The translations under genes and the position numbers were made by a program. Of a DNA stretch of 64,000 bases, positions 9,912 through 19,551 are shown piece after piece; the first letter of the stretch is position 1; each line of letters begins with the position of its first letter. Origin of the DNA: Chlamydiota bacterium (GTDB lineage: Bacteria > Chlamydiota > Chlamydiia > Chlamydiales > JABDDJ01); assembly GCA_013287645.1 (NCBI GenBank), contig JABDDJ010000004.1:1815-65814 (forward strand), given 5' to 3'. Under the pieces are notes generated by a model that saw nothing but the letters and a program-made list of their open reading frames with translations, was not told the DNA's origin and did not search any database.

Positions 9912-11264
9912 TTAGCTAATCTCCGTAATACGAACGCCTAGAGTATCACCAAAGCGCAGTAGTTCTCCCCTTCCAATGCGCTTACCATTGACGACTAGGT
10001 CGACACCATCTTCTGGTTTGACATGTAGGTTTAGGGTATTTCCAGCCTGTAGTTCCATCATTTTGTCGAGGGTCATCTGGAAGCGACCTACTTCTACAGC
10101 GATATAAAGAGGGATGTCTTGCGGGGCGATGGATTTTTCAGGCGCTTTTTTAGAGACGTCCACTTGTTTGCCAGCTGGAGGGGATTTTTGAGTTTGCGAG
10201 GGGGGTTGTGGAGCTGTTTTAGTAGGCGTTGCAGTGGCTGTGCTGGTTTTTTCTTCGGTGGATGTCTCTTCGGTGTCAGACTCTTCGGAAAAATCGAAGT
10301 CCGAATCGTCACCGAAGTCAAAATCGGTGTCTTCTTCGGGTTCTTCGTGTTCTTCGTGCTCTTCGTCATCGAAGTTTAGATCATCGTCATCATTGTTGTT
10401 ATTTGTAGGCATGGCGCTCTCTATTTCATGGTAGGAGGGTTGTTCTGTTAGGGAGATGTTACCCTCGGTTAATTGGGCTTTATAATAGGGTAGGTGGTAA
10501 ATGCGTAGTAGTAGGGAACCGCTATTAAAGGTTTCGTCGATGGTGCAACCGTCGAGAAAGAGGAAGTCGCCAGGTTGGACGGTTTTCCATTGATAAAAAG
10601 GCATTTGGACATGGCCTGCTTCGATGCTGACAGGTAGTTCAAGTTTTTGGGCTAGAGAGGGGTTTAAAGCAGAGCTGAAGGGTATTGTATTTTTTTCTTT
10701 CCAGAACTGTTGGAATGTTTTATCGATAAAAAGACGTACGATGAAGGTGCGGAAGCTGGTTTCGACCTGGATGTCGATGCAGAGATGAGGTTCAGGAGGT
10801 AGGCTTTCGTCAGGTAGAAGGGAGGGTTGGAGCCCTTTCATCCATCCTAGGTTAACAAATTGGTCACAAAGTGTGACGGTTAGGAAATGGACAAAGGCTT
10901 TTTCATCTTCAGGGTCGAGTAGAGGGGTTTCTTGGGGATGATGTGTCAATAAAAATGTGGCTAGTGCGAGGAGGTCGCGTTTGTCAATAGCAAGGGCAAT
11001 TTTTCCCTCTATTCCAGTCAAAGAGATATTCATGATGTCATGATCAGGACTGACTCCGTCAAGTAGCTGCTCTGCAGATCGCCAGGTGGGGTCTGAGGCT
11101 TTGAAGGTGAACTGATCAATCTCAAAGAATTTTTTGATGTTTGCGGCAAATTTTTCCCATGGAAATGGGGCTGCATGCCCTATCAGGGGGATTTCGTCAA
11201 TTGACAAAAGGCTTGAAGGTAAAGTCTTTACCCAGTCATAAGGTGTTTGCGATGCTGTACTCAC
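9912..11264 (-). CDS. cdsQ: T3SS cytoplasmic ring protein SctQ
   Basis: C-terminal SpoA/FliN domain (VDLVVNGKRIGRGELLRFGDTLGVRI), acidic linker, synteny. Confidence 0.92.
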   Translation of the reverse strand: MSTASQTPYDWVKTLPSSLLSIDEIPLIGHAAPFPWEKFAANIKKFFEIDQFTFKASDPTWRSAEQLLDGVSPDHDIMNISLTGIEGKIALAIDKRDLLALATFLLTHHPQETPLLDPEDEKAFVHFLTVTLCDQFVNLGWMKGLQPSLLPDESLPPEPHLCIDIQVETSFRTFIVRLFIDKTFQQFWKEKNTIPFSSALNPSLAQKLELPVSIEAGHVQMPFYQWKTVQPGDFLFLDGCTIDETFNSGSLLLRIYHLPYYKAQLTEGNISLTEQPSYHEIESAMPTNNNNDDDDLNFDDEEHEEHEEPEEDTDFDFGDDSDFDFSEESDTEETSTEEKTSTATATPTKTAPQPPSQTQKSPPAGKQVDVSKKAPEKSIAPQDIPLYIAVEVGRFQMTLDKMMELQAGNTLNLHVKPEDGVDLVVNGKRIGRGELLRFGDTLGVRITEIS

Positions 11265-11298
11265 TCTGTAGATCTCGATTCAAAATTAATGTTAATGT

Positions 11299-12783
11299 CT
11301 ATCGTTTACGGCGCTTTTGTGATCTTTCATCCTGTGTATCATCAGAGTCTTGCTGCTGCTGCTGACCTTGGCCGCTATTATCACGGTCTCTCTGAGGTTG
11401 TTCAGCAACATACTGCGGTACCGCATCTACTGTGGATGTGATAATCTGGTGAACGACAAATCCTCGATCGTTGCGTTCCAGAGCAGTTCTCAAAGAGGCT
11501 ATGTTTTCATCTAACAGCCTTTTTCCTGGGCCGGTTAGATTGGTAAACGTGATATTCAACTCATTAGGGGCGTGTGTATAGGTTTGAATTGTCACATTTA
11601 CTCCCGCTAAAAGGGGCGGATGTTGCAGGATGATCGTTGTGTCGGTTTTCCCCTCATCAGCTAAGATGTATATCTCTTTGATAATTTGGTCAACAATTTC
11701 CTGCAGCTTTTGCGCTAAGTTGGGTCGATCAGCGGGTTGCTGCTTGACGGCTAGAGCATGATCGTCGAATTTTCCAAAGGATTGAGCGGCATCGGGAACG
11801 ACCATGGCGACGGTGCGAGCGTCGATGGGTCCTGTGTCTTTAGAAGGATGTTCTTCTTCTTTGAATTGTCTTTCAGGAGCTTTGTTGTCGACTTTTGTAG
11901 GGATTGTTGTTTTGGGAGGTGGTTGAGCTTCAGTGCCTTTGACGACAGGGGCGGTGGATTGACGGATTTCGGCTTGTTGGTGTTCGACTACGTTGTGGAA
12001 TTTGGCAGTCCCCTCTTTTGATCCTGGTAGGGCGATTGTTTTTTGAGGTTGTACAATCTTTTCTTTGATTTCAACTTTTCCTTTTACAAGGTCTTGGGTA
12101 GGAACATCGACTTCAGGTGCGGGGGCTTCAGGCTCTTCGGCTTTCTCTTCTACTTTTTCTTCATGGACTGGAGAAGTGAAAATCCCTTTTTCTGGTTTTT
12201 GCAGTTTAGGTTCTTCTTTGACCTCTTTTTGGAGAATTTTCGGAGCTAATTCTTTAACGACAGGAGCTTCAGCTTTGATGGGTTTCTCGGGTATGGGGAC
12301 GAGAGATTCTTTAACAGCGGTGGGAACACCCTCTTCTTCGTGGGATTCGAGAGGTAGAGGTGGTGAGGTCTCATCATTATCAGCAACATGTTGATCTTCT
12401 GGGACTTTCGTCTCGTGCGTTTGCTGCGAGATAAAAGCCTTTAGAGGACTTAAGCTCTTAGATTGCGGCTGTTGTTTAGGGGTTGAAACAAACGGGGTAG
12501 AGGCTTTCTTCGTGGGGGTTTTAGGTTTATTGAAGAGAGAAAATTCTTCTGTCTCCTCTTCAACCGGTTGTTTGGAAACGACTACTTCCTCGTCCTTAGT
12601 TTTTTCTTTAAAGGCTTTTCCTTGTCCTTTCGTATCCGTTTCTTGTTTTGTTTTTCTAGCATCGCGAGCTAAAGTTTTTCGAAAAGATTCATCATCTGGT
12701 AGGACCTTTTTTCCAAGTTCCTTCCTTTTTGTTTCATCCGTCGCCGGAGTAGACTTATATAAAAATCTATCTGGTACCTGCAT
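11299..12783 (-). CDS. cdsP: CT671-like T3SS needle-length ruler (SctP)
   Basis: Long Pro/Glu/Lys-rich disordered region, C-terminal FliK/T3S4-like domain, poly-Q tail; lies between cdsO and cdsQ. Confidence 0.7.
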   Translation of the reverse strand: MQVPDRFLYKSTPATDETKRKELGKKVLPDDESFRKTLARDARKTKQETDTKGQGKAFKEKTKDEEVVVSKQPVEEETEEFSLFNKPKTPTKKASTPFVSTPKQQPQSKSLSPLKAFISQQTHETKVPEDQHVADNDETSPPLPLESHEEEGVPTAVKESLVPIPEKPIKAEAPVVKELAPKILQKEVKEEPKLQKPEKGIFTSPVHEEKVEEKAEEPEAPAPEVDVPTQDLVKGKVEIKEKIVQPQKTIALPGSKEGTAKFHNVVEHQQAEIRQSTAPVVKGTEAQPPPKTTIPTKVDNKAPERQFKEEEHPSKDTGPIDARTVAMVVPDAAQSFGKFDDHALAVKQQPADRPNLAQKLQEIVDQIIKEIYILADEGKTDTTIILQHPPLLAGVNVTIQTYTHAPNELNITFTNLTGPGKRLLDENIASLRTALERNDRGFVVHQIITSTVDAVPQYVAEQPQRDRDNSGQGQQQQQDSDDTQDERSQKRRKR

Positions 12784-12801
12784 GGGATACCTCCTTAAAC
12801 A

Positions 12802-13302
12802 TTATTTGCGAAGCCGCTTGCCGGAAAAGATAATTGAACCCATTTCATCTTGCTCAGCGGCTTCTATTCTACCTAGCTCAAAGAGCATCTGTTTAGTCCA
12901 GTCGGCTTTATGATTGAGTAGTTTGTCAACTTCTTGTCTCTTTAGCCGTAATTGCTCTTTAGCTACTTCTAAATTTTTTTCAGCTTGTTCGACTTGAACT
13001 TGCTGGTCTTTAACTTTTTTCTCTTCTGCTACCATTTTTTCCTGAGTCACTTTGAGGTATACCTTCATCTGTTGTGCTTCAGTACTGTTCGTTCCTGTAT
13101 CTAATTTTTCACGCAGTTGTGCCAGCTTATCTGCATAGTGTTTTTTGGCTTTATCTCGTTGCTCTTCGGCTTGGCGCAACTTCTCTTGCTCTTTTTCCAA
13201 GGCTTGGCGTTTTTCTGCTACGACTCTCTCTGCCTCTTTGACCCGATTTTCTTTTACGGTAATGACTTGTTCAAGAGGATAAGCTAGCTTGCTGTCTACC
13301 AT
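12802..13302 (-). CDS. cdsO: T3SS stalk protein SctO
   Basis: YPLEQV start, long coiled coil, EQDEMG end; directly after cdsN. Confidence 0.88.
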   Translation of the reverse strand: MVDSKLAYPLEQVITVKENRVKEAERVVAEKRQALEKEQEKLRQAEEQRDKAKKHYADKLAQLREKLDTGTNSTEAQQMKVYLKVTQEKMVAEEKKVKDQQVQVEQAEKNLEVAKEQLRLKRQEVDKLLNHKADWTKQMLFELGRIEAAEQDEMGSIIFSGKRLRK

Positions 13303-13312
13303 GGTTCAAGCC

Positions 13313-14629
13313 TTATTTAAAAATGCTTCTAAGTAGCTGTAGTGACTCCTGGTAAGTACATTTTTCATCTATAGCTTGTTTGAGGAACTTCTGGACTTTC
13401 TCAATGTAGTCTATCGCAAAGTCGCCCATCTTATCAGCTCCTCGCTTATATTCTCCAATCTTTATTAACAATTCGTTCTTAGCATAATTTGCAAGCACTT
13501 CGCGCAATTTACCTACTAGCTGTAAATGCTCTTTCGGCACGATGGAGTTCATGACACGGCTGGCGGAGCTCATCACGTCAATGGCGGGGTAATGGAACTT
13601 CTTGGCGAGATCGCTGGAGAGGATAATATGTCCATCGAGGATGGAACGTACTTCATCTGCTACGGGCTCATTCATATCATCCCCTGCAACGAGGATAGTA
13701 TAGAAAGCGGTTATTGACCCTTTGTCGCTATTTCCTGAGCGCTCTAGCAGTTTTGGCAGTGTTGCAAAGACGGATGGTGTATATCCTGCACGGGCGGGGG
13801 GTTCGCCTGCTGCAAGTCCTACTTCGCGCAATGCACGTGCAAAACGGGTTACGGAGTCCATCATGAGGATGACGGACTTGCCTTGGTCGCGGAAGTATTC
13901 GGCAATGGCTGTGCCGACATAAGCGGCATTTAAACGCAGCTGCGAGGCCTGATCAGAGGTGGAGACTATGAGGACGGAGCGTTTGAGTCCTTCTGGGCCG
14001 AGATCTTTTTCAATAAAGTCTCGTAACTCCCTTCCACGTTCACCTATGAGACTGATCACGTTGACATCGGCGACAGCGTTTCGGGCTATCATGCCGAGTA
14101 GGGTGGACTTTCCACCGCCAGCTGCGGCGAAAATCCCCATACGCTGTCCGAGTCCAGTGGTTAGGACGCCATCGATGGCGCGGACACCGACTGATATGGG
14201 CTCGCTGATGCGTTTACGTTTTGTTGGGTCGGGTGGGTCTTGGATGACTGGATAGATTTCGTCACATTCGAGAGGTCCTTTAGTCTCGACGTCAAGGGGT
14301 TCGCCGAGGCCATTAAGGATGCGGCCGAGTAGGTTTGGGCCTACTTTTATGTGTAGGGGTAAGTGTGTGGGAATTACTTCGGAGGAGGGTCCGACACCTT
14401 TCATCTCGCCTAGTGGCGATAAGATTACCTCTTCGCGTGTGAAGCCGACGACTTCGGTGCGTAAGGGTTCTCCCTCTCTCTTGACAAGGCACACTTCACC
14501 AATTTTGACATTGGGTACGATTGCCTTGATAAGCATTCCGACAATTTCGGTGATGCGGCCATTTACGGTGGTAAGTTGGATATCATCCAAACCACCTAAT
14601 AGCCTATCAAAATGGTCATCCATTCCCAT
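13313..14629 (-). CDS. cdsN: T3SS ATPase SctN
   Basis: AAAGGGKS Walker [21 protein letters not shown] and GEPPARAGY motifs. Confidence 0.96.
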   Translation of the reverse strand: MGMDDHFDRLLGGLDDIQLTTVNGRITEIVGMLIKAIVPNVKIGEVCLVKREGEPLRTEVVGFTREEVILSPLGEMKGVGPSSEVIPTHLPLHIKVGPNLLGRILNGLGEPLDVETKGPLECDEIYPVIQDPPDPTKRKRISEPISVGVRAIDGVLTTGLGQRMGIFAAAGGGKSTLLGMIARNAVADVNVISLIGERGRELRDFIEKDLGPEGLKRSVLIVSTSDQASQLRLNAAYVGTAIAEYFRDQGKSVILMMDSVTRFARALREVGLAAGEPPARAGYTPSVFATLPKLLERSGNSDKGSITAFYTILVAGDDMNEPVADEVRSILDGHIILSSDLAKKFHYPAIDVMSSASRVMNSIVPKEHLQLVGKLREVLANYAKNELLIKIGEYKRGADKMGDFAIDYIEKVQKFLKQAIDEKCTYQESLQLLRSIFK

Positions 14630-14665
14630 AAGTGCCCATCCATTCGTATAAAGTTCGCGTAGCGG

Positions 14666-15358
14666 TTAAACTTGGACGTTCAGTAACGTTTTGGTCGATT
14701 CAAGTGACTTATTGAGCAAGCTGGTAAAAAACTCTAGTTGTTGCTGGACAAATCCTACTTTAACTTGGACTAATAGTAAGTCAGCGGGTGAGAGAGTTCC
14801 TCTATTCTGAGATATCTTGTAGACTTGATTACCGATATTCTGAAGCTGTGATTCACCATTTTCCAAGAAGCCTAGGAACCGTTCTATTGGGTTTTGAAAA
14901 CTAGAACGTGCTTCGCGTACTTCTAAAGTAGTGTATTCGCCGCCTGTTTTTTCAACGGCAACTCTTAGCTTATCGTCTATATGCGATAGCTTGCTCTCCA
15001 TTAACGCTTGGTCTGCAGGACTTATTCTGAGATCAGGCGTTTGAAGTTTTTTCTTGATTTTATCGACCTCGGAAATCACGTCCTTGGTTTGGGCAACGAT
15101 CTCTTCTGGTGTTAGGCGTTTAAGCGTGTCAACGCGTCCACCGACTTCGCGTACTTGTTCCATGAGTTGAGTCTTTTTAAGCTCTTTCTCAGTAACTTCA
15201 TTGCGTTGTACGGTAGTTTTTTGGGCGTTGAGGAGCGACTCAAAGTGCTCTTTATTTGGCTGTGCACGAGCTGCATAATCCTCGGGCTTAGCTACTTCTT
15301 GCGCTTTGCGCTTACTTCTGACGCTCTCAACTTTTTCAACTTTATCATATTCTGCCAT
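14666..15358 (-). CDS. CT668-like T3SS-locus protein
   Basis: Helical protein between cdsG and cdsN, the CT668 position; C-terminal QQQLEFFTSLLNKSLES. Confidence 0.7.
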   Translation of the reverse strand: MAEYDKVEKVESVRSKRKAQEVAKPEDYAARAQPNKEHFESLLNAQKTTVQRNEVTEKELKKTQLMEQVREVGGRVDTLKRLTPEEIVAQTKDVISEVDKIKKKLQTPDLRISPADQALMESKLSHIDDKLRVAVEKTGGEYTTLEVREARSSFQNPIERFLGFLENGESQLQNIGNQVYKISQNRGTLSPADLLLVQVKVGFVQQQLEFFTSLLNKSLESTKTLLNVQV

Positions 15359-15397
15359 GACTAAATTTCCCCCTTGCTAGAAATAGAAGGAAAGGGA

Positions 15398-15901
15398 TTA
15401 TTTCTTTGCCTTCTTTTCAGCTTTGGCAGCGGCGCCGACGAGTCCACTTTCTTGGGCTTTTGAGCCATCATCAAAGCGGAAACGTGTTTTGCCGGTTTTA
15501 AGGTCTTTATCTGCCCATTCTAGCGATACTTTGGCGAGATTAATGACGGCGGGCTCAGTAGTTTTGCTGAGGACTTCGTTAATTAATTCTTCGCCTTTGT
15601 TGCGCTTAGGCTTAGTGAGCAGATAACATATGCCGAGAAAAACCTGTACAAGATGGTTATCGGGTTCTTCTTTGGCAATTCTTTCAAATATTTTTGTCGC
15701 TTCTTTAACTTCTAATTTATTTAGAGCAATGTAACCGAGTCCTATCTGTGGAGCTATGCTTTTTGGGCTGATAACTTGAGCTGCGTTGAAAATGCGGCTT
15801 GCGCTGGTTTCATCGAGTTGTTTGACAGCGATGAAGCCTGCTTCGATTAGCATCCCAAAGTCTTCTTTAAACAGTTTTTCTTTCTCGGGATCCATATGCA
15901 T
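15398..15901 (-). CDS. cdsG: T3SS needle chaperone (TPR, YscG-like)
   Basis: LIEAGFIAVKQLDE motif and TPR helices; follows cdsF. Confidence 0.85.
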   Translation of the reverse strand: MHMDPEKEKLFKEDFGMLIEAGFIAVKQLDETSASRIFNAAQVISPKSIAPQIGLGYIALNKLEVKEATKIFERIAKEEPDNHLVQVFLGICYLLTKPKRNKGEELINEVLSKTTEPAVINLAKVSLEWADKDLKTGKTRFRFDDGSKAQESGLVGAAAKAEKKAKK

Positions 15902-15933
15902 TCCTTATTGAGGTAGAAGTTTAAGTGTTTAAG

Positions 15934-16017
15934 TCAAAGGCTATGTTCTGGTAAACATCCTGTCCAGAAGCATAGCCTTTGTAACAACTTTAAGAACTCT
16001 TCGAGAAGGGTTCTTAA
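15934..16017 (-). terminator. Two stem-loops 3' of the second cdsF copy (stabiliser or terminator)
   Basis: caaaggctatgttctgg...ccagaagcatagcctttg and ttaagaactcttc..gaagggttcttaa inverted repeats. Confidence 0.6.
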
Positions 16018-16024
16018 ACGGCTA

Positions 16025-16294
16025 TTAACCTTTGACGTTACGAGCCATTGTAGTTATCGCTGAGTTGGCTGCAGCAACAACAGCAGTTGACATTTCGGAC
16101 AATTGTGATAAATGGTTCATCAACATTTGCATCTCGAACATGTCACCGATACTGATTGCGCTTCTGCGGCCTTTAATTTCTAATAGCTTTGCTTTTGCGC
16201 TTATTGTGGCGTCGTGGATAACGTGGAAAAGTACATTAACACTAAATCCAGACTGTATGTTGTCACCAGTAAAGAACTGTAAGTTCTGAGGCAT
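16025..16294 (-). CDS. cdsF: T3SS needle subunit SctF, copy 2
   Basis: ISIGDMFEMQMLMNHLSQLSEMSTAVV...MARNVKG; RBS GGAGGGG before MPQ, so start 16294 rather than 16306. Confidence 0.92.
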   Translation of the reverse strand: MPQNLQFFTGDNIQSGFSVNVLFHVIHDATISAKAKLLEIKGRRSAISIGDMFEMQMLMNHLSQLSEMSTAVVAAANSAITTMARNVKG

Positions 16295-16319
16295 TTTCCC
16301 CTCCAATGATTAACAAATA

Positions 16320-16345
16320 TAGGAGCGCTCGTAAAAGCGCTCCTA
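16320..16345 (-). terminator. Stem-loop between the two cdsF copies
   Basis: taggagcgct-cgtaaa-agcgctccta, a perfect 10-bp stem. Confidence 0.65.
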
Positions 16346-16357
16346 AATAGTCTATTA

Positions 16358-16627
16358 TTATCCTTTGACGTTACGAGCCATTGTAGTAATTGCTGAGTTA
16401 GCTGCAGCAACAACTGCAGTTGACATTTCAGACAATTGTGACAAGTGGTTCATTAACATTTGCATTTCGAACATGTCACCAATACTAATAGCACTTCTGC
16501 GGCCTTTGATTTCCAACAGCTTTGCTTTAGCACTGATCGTAGCATCATGGATAACGTGGAATAGTACGTTAACACTAAATCCAGATTGTATGTTGTTACC
16601 AGTAAAAAACTGTAAATTTTGAGGCAT
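16358..16627 (-). CDS. cdsF: T3SS needle subunit SctF, copy 1
   Basis: 89 aa, same protein as copy 2 except one N/D; RBS GGAGGG. Confidence 0.92.
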   Translation of the reverse strand: MPQNLQFFTGNNIQSGFSVNVLFHVIHDATISAKAKLLEIKGRRSAISIGDMFEMQMLMNHLSQLSEMSTAVVAAANSAITTMARNVKG

Positions 16628-16755
16628 TTTGCCCTCCTAACATTCCTTGGTTATGGTGAATGATCCGTACTGGAAATTACATTTCCTTGAGGCTTGTGTG
16701 TTAATACCTCATTCTGAATCCATTCACACTCGAAAAACTTAATACGTTCCTCTTT

Positions 16756-17039
16756 GACGAACGCTTTGCAGGGGCGCCTTCGCTTGATTTGGAAGACGCA
16801 CAACACTTCATTGAGGCTAAGCTTCAAATCAGCAAGTGCATTCAGTCGTTAAGGTTTTTCGCTCTCCTCCGGACCTATTGTCTTCAGAAGCACATGGCGC
16901 ATTCCTGAACCTTGTGTCTGCCTGACATCAGAACCTAATCAAGCACCTATACTTTTACACTCAAACTAATCGAGCTTTTGCTCTTTGTAAGCGGCGCCTT
17001 TTGGTTAAGAGAAGGCGCGCCCCTACATAGCGCTCGTAC
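16756..17039 (-). ncRNA. Candidate structured RNA / long leader between cdsE and cdsF
   Basis: No ORF; nested inverted repeats (16756-16781 with 17011-17039; 16782-16789 with 16937-16944). Two of the stem mismatches read as G-U pairs on the minus strand. Confidence 0.55.
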
Positions 17040-17052
17040 TTTTTTGCCTCAT

Positions 17053-17304
17053 TTATTTCACTGTTTTGAGGCGACCTAATACTTTTAAGACCGCGGCATA
17101 ACCATGTAGTAGGACTCCGAAGCGGTCAAATTCTTCTTTACTTTCTCCACTGCGCAAGGTGACTTTAATTAGCTGTATGCGCTGTTCAATTTTTGTTTTA
17201 ACTTCGTTCAAGTAGGTGCGATTTTTCAGCTCTTTTTCAAGTTCGTAGACAAATTCGTCGTTTTTACCCTTCTTTTTTTTCTGGTCTTCGAGTCCAAACA
17301 TCAT
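17053..17304 (-). CDS. cdsE: T3SS needle chaperone (CT665-like)
   Basis: MFGLE...FxYELEKEL...LRSG...FGVLLHGY pattern; between cdsD and cdsF. Confidence 0.85.
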   Translation of the reverse strand: MMFGLEDQKKKKGKNDEFVYELEKELKNRTYLNEVKTKIEQRIQLIKVTLRSGESKEEFDRFGVLLHGYAAVLKVLGRLKTVK

Positions 17305-17360
17305 CTACCTCATCGCGTTGTCGTTAGTATTTTTCTCAATCTACTTACTTTTCTATTTTT

Positions 17361-17389
17361 ATTTTATCAAATTCTTCGTACCTTATCAA
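17361..17389 (-). promoter_or_regulatory. sigma66/70-type promoter for cdsE-cdsF
   Basis: TTGATA-N17-TAAAAT on the minus strand, ~57 bp upstream of cdsE. Confidence 0.65.
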
Positions 17390-17424
17390 GAAAATACTAA
17401 CATTTTTAATTAATTTTTTATATT

Positions 17425-19452
17425 TTAGTAATCAATTCTGTATTTAACCCCTTCTTTTTCTAAAAAGATCACATTGGGTTTAATACTAGTAATAGTCATT
17501 CCGTCTAGCGTATCGCCTCTGGTTAGGATGCGTCCATTAATGACAACACTTAGGTTGACTCCGCCTTGGTTGGAGGCTCCAGATACTTTATAGCGGTCTG
17601 AAATATTGACTAAGGATGCTTCTGGAGGAAGTTCGCTGACAAAGCTACGGACGTTATGGACGCCTGGGATAGCTTTGGCTTCTTCGACGATATGGTTAAA
17701 TTCAGCCTCTTTTCCTGTGGGAATACCCCCTGCTAAGGTCAGTTCGCCATTATCCAGTTTGACCTGGACATCGCGGATGCCAACCTTTTGGAACATAATA
17801 TTGACAGAGTTGATCACCTCTTCTTCGATGATGATGCGTCGTTCAATATTGTCTAAATTGGGGAAGTTGGTGCTGATGTATTCGGATAAGCGGTCGGCCT
17901 GATCGCGGGTTTTTAGGTAACCTGATAGGACGAATTGTCCTGGTTTAGGAGTCTGAACGGTTACGCCGGCCCAGGATTTCTTATTAGCGAGGATAGGGTT
18001 AATTTCGCGGGTGGTATACTCGTCAACCACAATTCCCTTATCATCGATGTTTTTAATGAAGGGAAGGCCTTGGAGGTTGTAGATGAGCTGACTCTTGTCT
18101 GTGGCGGTCAGGACATGCCCGACAAGTAAGAGTCTTCCGGTGGTTTTGTTATACGAGTAGGTTACGCCTGGGAAAGGAGAGGTGGCTTCGTGTAGTACGG
18201 CATTGAAATTAACAGGTTCTTCAATAGAAACAGGTTCACTGCGGAATAGAGCTAGAGTACCTAATCCAACGACAAGGAAGAGTCCTGTGACGAGAGCGAT
18301 AAGAGCTACAGAGGCAAGTAGCGTTGTGCGTGTCATTGGCTTATGCTCTAATTCCTTCGCTACAGCCGCTGGGATAGCACTTGAACCAGAGGGAGTACCA
18401 TCACCTGGTTTTTCATCTTTAGGCTCTTCTTGCTGTAAAACTTTAACGATAGAGGGCAACATGGGAGAGATAATCGTCTGCATTTCGCCTTCTCTGTCAT
18501 AAACTACGAATGAGGTAGTTCCAACGGTGACGACGGAGTTAGGCTCAAGAACATTGCGCCCTTCGACTTTTTTGCCGTCTAAGAAGGTTCCGTTACGACT
18601 TTTTAAGTCTTCGAGGATAAGAGTGTCTTCATCTGATACGGTAATACGTGCATGTTGGCGTGAAACGCTTGTATCGTGAAAGACGATGTCACAGGTATTA
18701 GGATCTGTTCCGATAAGGTAGCTAGATGAAGCCTGCATAGAGAATTCGGCGCCAGTGTTGGGTCCTCCAACAACTTTTAGGAGCCATCTTCCTGTTTCGA
18801 GAAGGTCAAAACTAACTTCTGCAAGCATATCTTGGGACTCTTTGTGAGCGGTACTGTCGTCTTGGAAGATGCTATCCATTTCTTCATCCTCGGTCATGGA
18901 TTTTTGTGCTTCGGGTTTAGGGGTTGGCGCAATAACGGCATTTTTTTCCTCTCCATTAGCATGCTCTTCTGGCGGAATAATGTCATCTTGATCTTCACGC
19001 TTCTCAATTTCTTCTTGTAGAACCTCTTCAGCAGGCCCACTTTGGGCATGCGCTTCTTCTTGATGAGATTGTTCGGTATCTGTCATAGCTCCCTCATCCT
19101 GATGGGGTTTATGCTCTTCATTTTCAGCTTCCATGCCAAAGAGCTGTGCGGCATCTTCCGCATAAAATCGAAAGAGGCTGCCGCCGATTTTTACCATATC
19201 GCCATGCTGTAGAATTCGCGGTTGAGTGACAGGATCATTGTTGACTTCGACAGAGTTTGTAGCACTTAGATTTTCGAGTAGCAAACCTTCTGTTTTACGC
19301 GTGCATTTTGCATGAACCCGCGAGGCTTCTGGATCTTCAATGACTATCTGGCAATTGTCTGGGTCGCGGCCAATAGTCCACTCATCCCCTCCGTTAAAAG
19401 AGAGTACTGATCCTTTAAGTAGTCCTTCTTCAGCAACAAGTTTGGCAGACAT
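17425..19452 (-). CDS. cdsD: T3SS inner-membrane ring protein SctD (two FHA domains, TM, BON/RBM domains)
   Basis: FHA motifs IGRDP..SRVHA and IGTDP..VSRQHA..SRNGT, TM helix, periplasmic ring domains. Confidence 0.93.
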   Translation of the reverse strand: MSAKLVAEEGLLKGSVLSFNGGDEWTIGRDPDNCQIVIEDPEASRVHAKCTRKTEGLLLENLSATNSVEVNNDPVTQPRILQHGDMVKIGGSLFRFYAEDAAQLFGMEAENEEHKPHQDEGAMTDTEQSHQEEAHAQSGPAEEVLQEEIEKREDQDDIIPPEEHANGEEKNAVIAPTPKPEAQKSMTEDEEMDSIFQDDSTAHKESQDMLAEVSFDLLETGRWLLKVVGGPNTGAEFSMQASSSYLIGTDPNTCDIVFHDTSVSRQHARITVSDEDTLILEDLKSRNGTFLDGKKVEGRNVLEPNSVVTVGTTSFVVYDREGEMQTIISPMLPSIVKVLQQEEPKDEKPGDGTPSGSSAIPAAVAKELEHKPMTRTTLLASVALIALVTGLFLVVGLGTLALFRSEPVSIEEPVNFNAVLHEATSPFPGVTYSYNKTTGRLLLVGHVLTATDKSQLIYNLQGLPFIKNIDDKGIVVDEYTTREINPILANKKSWAGVTVQTPKPGQFVLSGYLKTRDQADRLSEYISTNFPNLDNIERRIIIEEEVINSVNIMFQKVGIRDVQVKLDNGELTLAGGIPTGKEAEFNHIVEEAKAIPGVHNVRSFVSELPPEASLVNISDRYKVSGASNQGGVNLSVVINGRILTRGDTLDGMTITSIKPNVIFLEKEGVKYRIDY

Positions 19453-19487
19453 TATAACAGCTCCGAATGGTTATCAGAAATTGTTAC

Positions 19488-19504
19488 AGCATGTTTTATG
19501 CCAA
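19488..19504 (-). promoter_or_regulatory. sigma54 (-24/-12) promoter upstream of cdsD
   Basis: Minus strand reads TTGGCATAAAACATGCT: GG-N10-GC with a TGGCA core, ~36 bp above the ATG. Confidence 0.7.
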
Positions 19505-19510
19505 CCCCCA

Positions 19511-19546
19511 GCCCGTGCCCGTGTGCGTGCCTGTGCCCGTGCCCGA
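19511..19546. repeat. Half copy of family B repeat
   Basis: gcccgtgcccgtgtgcgtgcctgtgcccgtgcccga. Confidence 0.75.
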
Positions 19547-19551
19547 AATGA

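Noticed and set aside
16032-16622. Two near-identical 85-aa plus-strand ORFs
   Set aside because: They are antisense shadows of the duplicated cdsF genes. The many other short antisense ORFs in the track were dismissed for the same reason.
16858-16880. TAGGTCCGGAGGAGAGCG resembles the SRP RNA domain IV
   Set aside because: It lacks the GNRA tetraloop register and the AGCAG motif, so it is not called as SRP RNA. No convincing 6S, tmRNA or RNase P hallmarks were seen either.
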